Positions 13,912 to 25,871 of a stretch of DNA of 64,000 bases are shown here, piece by piece (positions within the stretch are counted from its first letter, which is position 1; each line of letters starts with the position of its first letter). Position numbers and translations under genes: made by a program. The notes beneath the pieces were generated by a model, which did no database searches, had not been told where the DNA came from, and worked only from the letters and a program-made list of their open reading frames with translations. This stretch comes from Octopus vulgaris. Lineage: Eukaryota. The stretch is taken from contig OX597830.1 of the NCBI GenBank assembly GCA_951406725.2, positions 54,064,001 to 54,128,000 on the forward strand. Direction: 5' to 3'.

Positions 13912-14510
13912 ATCACATTAATCTTACCAGTCTGGAGGAGAGGAGAACAACTACATTAATCCCCGTAAGTCTGGAAAAGAGGATCATCAATCTCATCAGT
14001 CTGTGAGAAGAGTTCAATCGCAACAACCTCACCAGTTAGAAGATGAGGGTCATCGGTCACATCAATCTCAAGGCGGTGAGCTGGCAGAAACGTTAGCATG
14101 CCGGGCGAAACGCGTAGCCGTATTTCGTCTGCCGTTCTGAGTTCAAATTCTGCCGAGGTCGACTTTGCCTTTCATCCTTTTGGGGTTGATTAAATAAGTA
14201 CCAGTTTCGCACTGGGGTCGATGTAATCGACTTAATACCTATGTCTGTCCTTGTTTGTACCCTCTATGTTTAGCCCCTTGTGGGCAATAAAGAAATAGGT
14301 CACATCAATCTCATCAGCCAGGAAGGGTAACATCAATCATATCATTCACTAGTCTGGAGAAGGGATCATCAGTCACATCAACTCACCAGTCTGAGAGATG
14401 GACTCATCAGTTACAATAATCTCATCAATCAGAGTGAAGGGGATTATTGAGCATATCACTTGCAAAAATCTGGGATCATTGATCACATCAATCTCACCAG
14501 TCTAGAGAAG
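13912..14510. repeat. Degenerate ~38-40-bp minisatellite (cacatcaatctcaccagtctggaga) split by SINE B
   Basis: Periodic aatctcaycagtc. Confidence 0.75.
14071..14297 (+). mobile_element. SINE family B (~230 bp) with 16-bp TSD
   Basis: GCTGGCAGAA A-box-like, GAGTTCAAATT B box; TSD ggtcacatcaatctca. Other copies near 460, 840, 10015, 13300, 13570, 22970, 26120, 28940, 34240, 35830, 36075, 54255. Confidence 0.88.
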
Positions 14511-14647
14511 GGTTTGAATGGACACCGCCACCACTTTATGTCCATTCTCCCAAGCTAGCAAGGTTTAGACAAAAACTATGTCCTAGTAAGAATTGAACTC
14601 ACAACCTTCAACTTACTTTGTTATATTTGCTTATGAGACTCACATGA

Positions 14648-14802
14648 TAATTACTTACATTATTTACACTATTTGCATTTGATGGATATTTGTCCTCATC
14701 TTGTTTGTTGTTAACACATTTCGGCTGATGTACTCTCCAGCCTTCGTCAGGTGTCCTGGGGGAATTTCGAACCTGGGTTCTCATTCCTAATAATGTTATT
14801 AC

Positions 14803-14845
<43 letters not shown>

Positions 14846-15122
14846 TGGGTCAGTGCAGGTGGCACGTAAAAAGCACCCACTACACTCACGGAGTGGCTGG
14901 CGTTAGGAAGGGCATCCAGCTGTAGAAACATTGCCAGATAAGACCGGAGCCTGGTGCAGCCTTCTGGCTTCCCAGATCCCCGGTCGAACCGTCCAACCCA
15001 TGCTAGCATGGAGAACAGACGTTAAACGATGATGATGATGATGATGATGGGTCACTGCCTGGAATTGAAATCGGAATCTTGGGGTTAGTAGTCTGCACTC
15101 TTAACCACTACGCCATATGCCC
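14648..15122 (-). mobile_element. tRNA-headed short element with (AAT)n linker and hammerhead-containing tail, interrupted by an RTE-type 3' tail
   Basis: A box TGGCGTAGTGG, B-box-like GATTTCAATTCC, tail acac CTGACGA aggctg..cagcc GAAA. The insert is bounded by TSD TGGGTCA (14846-14852/15048-15054). Confidence 0.7.
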
Positions 15123-15214
15123 ATGGATGAAGGCTGGAGTCAAATATAGGACTGTAATTACCTACAATACAAATGGAATCATAGTAAAAAAAAAAAAAAC
15201 AAAAAAAAACATAC

Positions 15215-15478
15215 CAGTTTTCATATTTGTGAAGTTTACTGATGACATTGTCTTTCTGTAGAATGTATAAGAGAAGTTCGTTTTCTTGTTCTGAGCCATC
15301 ACAGATGTGGATGTTGTCTGGTTTAGTGATCTTAGCTGTTTCCTCAACAAAGGTCTTCACAGCAGGGGCTAGTTTATTGATGTTTCCATAGATGACACTG
15401 TAGTTTTGAACCACTTTAGGATACAAAGGAGCAGATTTTTGAGAAAGAGCAGACAAAAGTGTCTTCCCACGGACAACC
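15215..15478 (-). CDS. PEPCK: PEPCK exon 2 (VVRGKTLLSALSQK...HICDGSEQEN...KLHKYEN)
   Basis: tttcag acceptor, TG|gtatg donor; ICDGS and KYENC motifs of the GTP-PEPCK N-terminus. Confidence 0.95.
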
Positions 15479-15665
15479 CTGAAATTAAACAGAGAAATAC
15501 ATAAGCATGACAATTCAACTTTCACTTTATACATCATATATATCATCATCATCATCATCATATATATATATATATATATATAAAATAAAATATTAGGGAA
15601 TAAATCCAAACTTACAGGGAAAAATCAGATTTAAGATTGAATCTAATTTTATAGTAAAATATTAT

Positions 15666-16018
15666 ATTATATTAAATTAGAGATAAAACCACTATTAGGC
15701 AAATCATACAATGAAAAACTTAAGCCAATACATAACATTAATTAATTTATATTATTTAAATATATATCAAAATTATTAAAAAAGATAATTAATATAACAC
15801 TACGATCGTTTCATGGCTGTTCAATTCTTTAAATTTTCGAGTTACAGTCATTCTTCAGGTGGTTTAAATATTTAACGATCGTAGTGTTATATTAATTATC
15901 TTTTTTAATAATTTTGATATATATTTAAATAATATAAATTAATTAATCTTATGTATTGGCTTAAGTTTTTCATTGTATGATTTGCCTAATAGTGGTTTTA
16001 TCTCTAATTTAATATAAT
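15666..16018. repeat. Near-perfect ~145-bp inverted repeat (Penelope-like inverted terminal structure)
   Basis: Arms 15666-15810 and 15874-16018, one visible mismatch; the element is flanked by (TA)n. Confidence 0.9.
15796..15865 (-). ncRNA. Minimal type I hammerhead motif, palindromic stem III ACGATCGT, GUA site
   Basis: accac CTGAAGA atgactgt..acagccat GAAAC GATC GTA gtgtt. Confidence 0.72.
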
Positions 16019-16175
16019 TATATATATATATATATATATATATAGGTTCAGCAAAATTTAGATTCAGATGAATATGGTACTTAAGTTAAAGGCACCAGAA
16101 TTTGGTATGCTATTATCCATATAAATCAAATGGGGTGATTATAATCAAAATAAGCAGCAAGGATATCCAAGGTAG

Positions 16176-16263
16176 TGTAGTACAATCGTTTCATGCTACT
16201 TCATTTTATTAAGCACTGTAAGTATTACATCAGTTTTAAAATGTCGAGCAATCTTCAGCCACA
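16176..16263 (-). ncRNA. Minimal type I hammerhead motif, stem III ACGATTGT, GUA site
   Basis: tgtgg CTGAAGA ttgct..agcat GAAAC GATT GTA ctaca. Confidence 0.65.
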
Positions 16264-17855
16264 TATAGAATTTTTTAATTAAATGGCCAATGTACATTTT
16301 TATACTTATTTCATTTGCCAACATTACAAAGAGGGTAGACATATAAACAGAAAGGTTAATTTCATCATTAAGAACATGGTAGTAGAATGTCCTTCTCCAT
16401 CTGTAGATTTTTTATCACTGAGTTCACTTTGTTATTTAGATCTATCATTGGGGAGGGGGTTTCTTCATATGGTTCAATAGAGACAAACAAGAAATTTTTC
16501 TATTTATAGAAAGAAGAAGGGGTAGTACAAATGTCAAAGCCATAAATCCATCCTCATTTTGAGAAATCTAACTTTGGCATATTTGAATGTATTTTAGCAA
16601 AATTTAGTAGGCTGAAGCTAGTGGGGTAGATGGATGGGAAGACGTTCGTTGCTGTAGAGGAGGCATGGACAAGACATGCTTCACCAATTACAAGAGTTCT
16701 TCAACACACATGAATTCTGGTCAACAGACCTACAACTAAAGACATGCCAAGCATGACCTTCATGTCATTCTTTTTAGGAGTTTCTAGAACTACATTATCT
16801 AATGTACCCTTTCCTCTTTAATAAAGTATGGTGCAATCTGAGGGAGATTTGGGTGCTGTTTTTAACAGGTTGAATGACAGGTACCCATCCTGATACACAA
16901 CATAACCTTATCCTCACTCCTAACACTACACATAACACACACCCCACAAAATATAACAACATGTTCATCCAAAGGAGCCTCTGTGTGGCATCACAACTTG
17001 CTAGAAAACTACATCAAATTACACTCAACTTTATTAAAAGAAGACCACGTTTAATAATACAATCCATTGTACACACATTCATACACAAAAATATGATGTA
17101 AAAAAGATAAAAATGTTCATGAGTAGAACACATTCTACTGTGTGTCCTTATTGGGAATGACCGAGGGCTGAACAACAACAGACACACATGACAGATAAAA
17201 TATATACACTAGACAAAACACACACACACACACACACTCTACACCATATATAAACATGTACAGATTTGTTAAATACAAAATATAAAGAAGGAAAAAAACG
17301 TCCAAAACGATTTAGATAATAAAATAAGTCCAAAATTATATTAAATTAGCCAACAGTTAATGAGTTTTTTTTTCTAAATTACCCAGTAAATGAGGAAATA
17401 CTCCCCACTTCTTCCCAATAAATTACATTAATGTACTTTTACCATTATGGATTGTAATGAGTCACTGACAAAAATGTTTTGATTTTAATTCTAAACAACA
17501 ACACTACTATCGTCACCACCACACCACCACCACCACCACTACCACCACCACCACCACTACCACCACCACCACCACCACCACTACAACCACCACCACTACC
17601 ACCACTACCACCACCACCACCACCACCACCACCAAATGTTTGCCAACAACAGTAAGTTTTGACAAAAAGCAACTTCACTAAATGGAGTTAGTCAAGCTTT
17701 ATGTTACATTAAAGAAACAGTGGGGATTAGATGAGGAGGGGGGGGGGGGCAATGAAAGAGCAATTTTCTTGTTCTGCTGAAAAAACAAAATGGCCAACAG
17801 CCAAATAACATTAAATCACCCATAACATCTTCAGAATTACAAAATAAATGATAAA

Positions 17856-18185
17856 TCTCTCTATATATACAAAGCTGAAGTTGTCTGTGTATGGCAGGTT
17901 TGGTAGCCTTCAACTAACACTACCTCCTCCGAGACCCTGGGGCGCAAGTTGACCAAAATTGAAAGTATGATAGAATAAGGCTTGCTCTTCCTTCCGTAGA
18001 AGAAAAAATCCAAATCGGACCATGCTAACACCAAAAATTATTTACATCAAAATGGTGTTTTTTTTCTATGAAAATCCCTATTTTTTTACGATTTTTTGAC
18101 TGCTGTGTCACCATTTTTCGGTGTATTTCAACCAGAAAAATGTTCACTTAAAGAGAATAACAAGCTACATAATGCAAAATTTTTA
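17856..18185 (+). mobile_element. 3'-truncated copy of the 12712 Helitron
   Basis: Colinear, high similarity to 12712-13040. Confidence 0.8.
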
Positions 18186-19302
18186 CCTGCATGTTTTTTT
18201 GGGGGTGGAGGTAAGTCAATTACATTGACCCCAGTGCTCAACTGGTGCGAAAAATCAACATAGAACAACGTGCAGCACAGACAACAGTGAACCACAACAC
18301 AGCAGGCGGTTGTCATGGTAACAAGCTGCTAATGCCATGCTGTCCATTGATTGGCTAAAATTACCCAAATTTCCCAACTTTAATTCCAAATAACATCAGG
18401 TTCTTTAATTTACAAGATAAAGCAATTGGTTGATCGTAATCAAAATTCAGAGTTGCATCGGTACACCAAAATTGAAAGCAATTTGAGCAAAATTAAAGGA
18501 GGCTCATTTTGCAAATGAGGAAGACTAGATCTGTCAGGGGCCACACCTGGTTCTATAGTCTGTTTTTGGCTTCATTTCTAAGGCTGGAAGCCCTTCCTAA
18601 TGCCAACCACTCCACAAAGTGTACTGGGTGCTTTTTATGTGGCACCAGCACCAGTGCTTTTTAAGTGGCACCAGCACCAGTGCTTTTTAAGTGGCACCAG
18701 CACCAGTACTTTCACATGGTACCAAAACCTACACCAAAGCTTTTTACATGGCACCTTGGTTTTAGGATCTCAATTTTGTTGTGGTGGGCTGGTCTTCTCA
18801 AGTATAGCAATATACCTCTCACCTCAGTCCCCTATCATTTCCTTCAATAAGGTTCATGAAGATACATAAATATATGTTCATTTATCTTGTATTATTTTGA
18901 AGTAGAATGTCTTACCAGACATCAAAGTCTTTGCACATAAATGAATTGATCACTAAAGTATCCTGTGTCTACATTTGAAGTTGTATCTATATTCTAAAAT
19001 GGAGTTTGTACCCTGCAATCTAAGTGTGTAACAGACTCTGTAAAGGCCTCTTCAGTTATTACTATCTCTAACCTGAGAAAGATAAAATTTAAAATGTTAT
19101 ATAACCCTAGGTCAGATCTTATCGGGAAGATATGAGGGCAACAGCAATCCAGATGTAACTATCCTGACCCCTTTATCTCCAGACAGCATACCTATATCTA
19201 CATTTTAAAAAATTATTATATATCTGAGGTATTGTGTAAATACCAGTCCTGCTCGAGATGAATATTTCATAGCTATATATACATTCAGCAGCAGCAGCAA
19301 GT

Positions 19303-19670
19303 GGAGGTGCAATAGCCCAATGGTTAGGGCAGTGGACTCGCGGTCGGAGGATCACGGTTTCGATTCCCAGACCGGGCGTTGTGTGCGTTTATTGAGCGAA
19401 AACACCTAAAGCTCCACAAGGCTCCGGCAGGGGATGGTGGCGACCCCTATTGTACTCTTTCGCTCCAACTTTCTCTCACTCTTTCTTCCTGTTTCTTATC
19501 CCCGACTTCCTATGCAACCGCTAAGCCTGGATGTGCATTCATCCATCCGTCGATGCTCTCGGTATCGGGGGTTGACCTGCTTTCTCTTCTGCGGGTCTTA
19601 CGAATAGCAAAGGACCACGCTTCGGACTTCTCCCATCTTGCGAGCTCTGGGAGGAAGACCATTCACTCAA
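19303..19670 (+). mobile_element. SINE family D (tRNA-Arg-like head), tail type 1
   Basis: ggaggtgcaatagcccaatggttagggcag..ggtttcgattccc head shared with 28027 and 37768. Confidence 0.8.
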
Positions 19671-19976
19671 CAGCAACAGCAGCAGCGGGTACAAAAGAAG
19701 AGAGTCCTCAATAACAAGGAAACAGATCATACATTGAGAAATATTTAACTTACTCTATGTGTTAAGTAAGTTGTGCTAAATTTCTCAATTACACACAGAA
19801 ATACATACAGATACATATGTGTGTGTGTATGTAAGTACTGAATACAAAGAGTATTAGAAATCTTGGATTTAAATTAGTTAAATTATAGTTTCTTTCATAG
19901 CATTTGTTGTAAAGCTGTAAACAGATATAAATGTATCTTGTTATTCTCTTTGTACTGAGAAAAATAAAGGAGATTG

Positions 19977-20017
19977 CCCTAACATGTTTTCCAATTTGTT
20001 GGACACTCATCAGAGAG
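19977..20017 (-). ncRNA. Degenerate hammerhead motif (ACATGT palindrome; junction before GAAA damaged)
   Basis: ctct CTGATGA gtgtccaa caaa ttgga AAAC ATGT T aggg. Confidence 0.5.
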
Positions 20018-23000
20018 GAAACACCCTCTCATCATTCTATCCATGAAAACGACATAATAATTTGTTGGCAGCATGAATAAATAATTCATAAATAATTATG
20101 CATAAGAATGTATATAAAATAAGTCTAAAGTAGTTTGATTAAAATTTTCAAGGCTTTATAGCAAAATGTTCATGCTTTTCACATCTGTTGTTTCATAGTA
20201 GTCATGGTTTAGATTGGATGGGGACTTATTTGAGGCTTTGAGGCAAGATTTTGAGGTTGATGCTCTTTCTGTAGCTAACCCTTACCCGTTTTTCAAGTAA
20301 GGGATCTTTTTCTCATTTCACAGGTCTACAAAAGAACAGAGCAACTGGTCATAATGTTGACAAGGAACTGGTGACAAGATGTTGAATATCAACATTCATA
20401 CACACATACTCACACAGATATGCATATCTAAAATGCACATACAAATGATTACACATACATACGTGTATCATCATCATCATCATCATTATTATCACCATCT
20501 TTTAATATCTGTCTTCCATGCTGGTATAGTCATGATTGTTTGACAAGATCCAACGAGCCAAACTACTTGTTGGTCACCAATGTCTGTTTTGGTATGGTTT
20601 CTATGGTTGGATGCCCTTGCTAATGGTAACCACTTACAGAGTGTAATGTGTGCTTTTTTAGTGACATTGGCAAATATGAGGTTACCAAGTAACTTGCAAG
20701 ATAAAGAAAAAACCCTAGACCGAGTGGGCTTGTAATATAGAAGGAGGTAGCATTATGTCAGGTGTTGAGAGGCTAAAGTATGATGACGAGGCAGGTACAA
20801 GTATGTGTCTTACGAGGAGACCTATTGAGTCAAGTACATCAACATCAAAATAAATATCAAATGGAAATTGTAGTTGTGATACCTGTGCCGGTGGCACGTA
20901 AAAAGCACCATCCGAATGTGGCCAATGCCAGCGCCGCCTTGACTGGCTTCTGTGCCGGTGGCACGTAAAAAGCACCAACCGATCGTGGATGTTGCCAGCC
21001 TCCCCTGGCACGTAAAAAGCACCCACTACACTCACGGAGTGGTTAGCGTTAGGAAGGGCATCCAGCTATAGAAACACTGCCAGATCAGACTGGAGCCTGG
21101 TGCAGCCCCCTGGCTTTCCAGACCCTGGTTGAACTGTCCAACCCGTGCTAGCATGGAAAATGGACGTTAAACGATGATGATGATGATGATGATGATGATG
21201 ATATAGAAGGCTACATGGCAACTTTGCAATATATAAGAGTGAGTGAAAGTAGCTGGGAAGAAAGTAGAGATATTGGGTGGTGTGGTCTCGGAGCTTACTG
21301 TCAAGGTACAACAAAGGGGAGTATAAGGGAGGATGTGGACTGAGGATGGGGAAATGTGTGTAGGGGGTGAATATAGTGAATGACATACAAGTGGGGAGGA
21401 GGAATAAGAAATAGTCCAAAAAGAAGAGGATATAAGTGGCAGCAGAAGAAGAGGGTGGCAAGCAGCAATGTAATAAACAAATGTATAAAAAAAATTATTA
21501 CATGCAAGCATGTTATTACATGTCAACAGAACACCATTACTCTAAAGATCAACAGGAGCACTATCAAAATGCTGAGTGTTGCATTACTGATATCCATTCT
21601 TCTGTGCGCGTCCATGTGAAGGATTGCCTTTTACCAAGACTAGGTTACCTAACCCCTAGGTATAGTTCTTACTGGTATCTTGGTGACCTGAAATAATTAG
21701 AAAGTGCATGTATGGGTCTACCCCAGCCCTCCAAAAATTAATCTGTTATCTTCTGAAGAGATTGAAAAGGTGACACAGTCAGAAATATTAAGACATCAGA
21801 TTAGATAATTGTTGAAGGATATCTAATGAAGGAGAGTGAGAGAGAGAGAGAGGGGGGAGACAGAAGGGAGATGATAGGAAGGGTCATAGGAAGAGAGGGA
21901 GAGAAAAAAAGAGAGGAGGCACTAGTGAGACCTAAAGAGAATCAGAGAAAAAATATCAAAGTTCAAGTAACCAAAAAAATAATACAATAACATTAACAAC
22001 AACCACAGCAATATTCTCAACAACAACATGTTTACAGAAATAATTTTAAAAAATTTTGTTTATTTCAAAAGAAATATCTTAGAAATTAAGACCAGACAAG
22101 TTTAACAAAGGTCAAAGTGTTTGACAAGGTCATATGACAAATGTTTCATATTTGGGGATGAAAAAATTTCATTTTTATAAAATTATAAAAGAAAAAAGAA
22201 AAACTTGAATAAAGGGAAGTAACTAAAATAGACCACAAGCATGAATGAAGTATACAAAAATATTCTTAGCTGATCTTTGCCATCTAATTGGAGGAACAAA
22301 ACAAATATTTAGTAATAATCATTAATGTTTCATGAAGAAAAGAATGAAATAATGATGAAGGTGGTGGTGGTGGATGGTAGTGAAGATGATGGATGTAATG
22401 ATTATGATAGTGGTAATGATGATGATGCTGGTAGAGATAATGAAAGTGGCAGTGGTGGTGGTGATGTTGATGACAATGGTGGTTGTGGTAGTGTTGGGTG
22501 ATGATGGTTGTAGTAGAGGTGACGAAATATTCAACGAATATGTCACAATACAGTTTTAAACATTTCAGTATCATTCACACAGTTGCTTTTAGAAACACAC
22601 GCACACGCATACATATCGCATACAAATACACACATATACGCACAAACATGCATAGCTGCTTAATTAAAAGTACACATACACACACACACATTCATGAACT
22701 GTAAAAGTAATAACAAGCAAAAAGTACAAAAAGATAAGCGTAGATTTATTGTTTTTGTTTTATTTCTACATATGTGTGTTCTACATGTGTGTTCGTGTCA
22801 CATGCTAGTGGTAACTTAATGCAGTACAACTTGTTGCTTGGTCAATCCATTGGTGACTAAACTAGCAACTCTACCAAGCCTGCAGGATGAAAAAACAAAA
22901 CCTTTCAAAGTGCAGACAAACTCAGTAGAGTTAACGGCCATTCAACAGGCACACCAAACAACTGCCTTTACGTTCTGAATTTCAAATGCTGCAGTGGTCA

Positions 23001-23187
23001 GCTTGGCGTTTCTCCTTCCTTTTGGGGGTTGATAAAATAAGTACCAGCTGTGTACTGAGGTTGATGAAATCGACTATCCCTCTCCTCACAAAATTTCAGG
23101 CCTTGTGCCAGTCGTAGAAAGGACATATATATATATTTATCTTCTCATGTCTGAATGGAGATGAATGCGTTAAATATGATTGAACAT

Positions 23188-23620
23188 AAATTAGTTAGTT
23201 AGTTAGTTAGTTAATTTGGCTCAAAAGCAAATAGCAAGGCCATGTAGGGGGACATGGAGTTAAGTACAGGGTGGTGTTCATGTAAAGAGTTCAGGCCACT
23301 TGAGGTCCAGGGAGGCTTTGAACAAAGCGGTCGTCGGCATCTTCACCATCTCGTCTGGCAGCTTGTTCCACGGATCCGCAACCCGGATGGAGAAAGCTCC
23401 TCTCCTTCGATTGAGATGAAATCGTCGCAGGTAGAGCTTTTCGGAATGACCCCGCAGCCGACGCTCTGGAGCAGGAGTGAAGAACAGCTCTTTTGAGAGG
23501 TTACACTTTCCGCTTATGATGTTGTGGGCGAGAATGAGATCACCACGGCGGCGGCGTTTTTCAAGAGAATAAAGGTCGAGCGTCCTCAGCCTTTCTTCGT
23601 AGGACAAATTTTTGAGATCA
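23188..23620 (-). mobile_element. CR1-clade LINE 3' fragment (same family as 51265)
   Basis: Same peptide and (TAAC)n tail. Confidence 0.9.
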
Positions 23621-23689
23621 TATATCTCATCATCATCATTTAACATCTGTTGTCCATGCTGTATACACACACATACAAGAAAGCACATA

Positions 23690-23887
23690 AGTGCAAAACA
23701 GGGTGCAAAAAATAGTACTCAAATACCTAAGGTAGAGCAATATGCTTTTGTGAAAGCTGCAAAATTATCACAAAACTGTTACTCAGAGTTTCACATTCCT
23801 GTTCATCAGACAGTTGCGATGAAAACTCTGACAAAATGGAACATGAAACTCTGAGCTTTTGTGATAATTTTTCAGCTTAATAAAAGT
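23690..23887 (-). mobile_element. Short Penelope-like element with inverted duplication
   Basis: Hammerhead plus a degenerate inverted copy at 23824-23887; same family as 53822-54038. Confidence 0.6.
23774..23815 (-). ncRNA. Compact minimal hammerhead motif with GNRA-capped stem II
   Basis: aactgt CTGATGA aca GGAA tgt GAAAC TCTGA GTA acagtt: 6-bp stem I, near-palindromic ACTCTGAGT. Confidence 0.8.
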
Positions 23888-25092
23888 TTATATATATATA
23901 TATAAATATACATAAACATACAAGACAGGGATCCAGTCTCCACCTATCAATTCCACTTGGAAGACATTAGCAGGCCGGAGACTACATGGGAAAATATTAT
24001 GAACTTTTGATCATGTGGTTAAGAATTGAACTCTCATAGCCACACATCACTCTCTACAAATACATATATATATATGCATGTGTGTGTGTGTGTATACGAA
24101 ATATGTGTGTCCATCTTTGTCTCCTCCCCCAATGCTTGACAACCATTGTTGGTTTGTTTATGTTCCCACAACTATCCATAACTATGCTGTTCAGCAAAAA
24201 GAGAGAAGAGACAAAACAAGTACCAGGCTTTCAAAAGATAAGTTCCGAGACTGATTTATTTGACTAAAGCCCTTGAAGGTGGTGCCCCAGCATGGCCACA
24301 GCCCAATGACTGAGACAAGCAAAAGAGAAAAGATATGCCAGAACTACGTAACAGTGCCTGTGCTGGTGCCATGTAAAAGCACCTGTGCTGATGTCACATA
24401 GCGGTGCCTGTGCTGGTGCCAAGCAAAAGTGCCCATGTCAGTGTTACATTTGGAAGGGCATCCAGCCAAAGAAACCATGTCAAAACAGAAAAATGGAGCC
24501 CAGGAAGCCCTCCGGCTGACCAACTCCTCTCAAACCAACAACTCATGCTAGCATGGAAAACATGCCAAAAGATGATGATGATGATGATCATCATCGTTTA
24601 GCATCTGCTTTCCATGCTAGCACGGGTTGGACGGTTCAACTGGGGTCTGGGAAGCCAGAAGGCTGCATCAGGCCCGGTCTGATCTGGCAGTGTTTCTACA
24701 GCTGAATGCCCTTCCTAACGCCAACCATTCCGTGAGTGTAGTGGGTGCTTTTTATGTGCCACCAGCATAGGTGCCAGACGAGGTTGGCAAACGGTCACGA
24801 TCGGATGGTGCTTTTTACGTGCCAATACATATATATCTGTGAGTGTCTTTATCTGTCCCCTCTCCTTACTGCCTGACAACTGGTGTTAGTTTGTTTACGT
24901 CCTCATAACTTAGTTGTTTGGCAAAAGGGACCAACAAAATAAGAACAAGACATAAAAAAAAAAAGAAAATGTAAGTTCTGTGATTGATTTATTCAACTAA
25001 AAATAAAAAAAAAACTTTCAAGGTAGTGCCCTAGTATGGCAACAGTGCAATGTTAGAAAACGAAAAAAAGAAGAAAATATCTATGTACTATA

Positions 25093-25257
25093 GGTGCAGG
25101 AGTGGCTGTGTGGTAAGTAGCTTGCTTTCCAACCACATGGTCCTGGGTTCAGTCCCACTGCGTGGCATCTTGGGCAAGTGTCTTCCGCTATAGCCCCAGG
25201 CCGACCAATGCCTTGTGAGTGGATTTGGTAGACGGAAACTGAAAGAAGCCTGTCGTA

Positions 25258-25298
<41 letters not shown>

Positions 25299-25507
25299 AT
25301 GTGTGTTGTGTTTGTCCCCCTAGCATTGCTTGACAACCGATGCTGGTGTGTTTACGTCCCCGTAACTTAGCGGTTCAGCAAAAGAGACCGATAGAATAAG
25401 TACTGGGCTTACAAAGAATAAGTCCCGGGGTCGATTTGCTCGACTAAAGGCGGTGCTCCAGCATGGCCACAGTCAAATGACTGAAACAAGTAAAAGAGTA
25501 AAGAGTA
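25093..25507 (+). mobile_element. SINE family A (young copy)
   Basis: A box TGGCTGTGTGG, B box GGTTCAGTCC, (AAAGAGT) tail. Confidence 0.9.
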
Positions 25508-25840
25508 CTGACATGCATATTTAAATGCATAATAAATACATGAAGACATAGAAGAATTTTTGTAATATCTCACTTGTCATGCATTCATCCCATCCATACT
25601 AGCATGGATAGAATAGATAGAAAATAAACAAATGAACACACACACACACACACACACACTACTTTTCACAAATACATGCCTACACACACCACACACATGT
25701 ACTTACACAAACACATATACTCATAGCCGTTCATGTTTGCAAACATAACAACACCAGCAAACACCCACAACCAACACATACATAGATAAAAAAAAAAGCA
25801 ACCTAAATCAAATTAAGACAAAGGAATAGGATTGTGTATA

Positions 25841-25871
<31 letters not shown>

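Noticed and set aside
15479-15609. In-frame Met codons upstream of exon 2 as the PEPCK start
   Set aside because: They derive from (CAT)n/(TA)n repeats upstream of a clear tttcag acceptor.
16264-16660. Penelope GIY-YIG ORF remnant upstream of the 16176 hammerhead
   Set aside because: Only a faint LNKRSEL-like trace; too decayed to call without a translated search.
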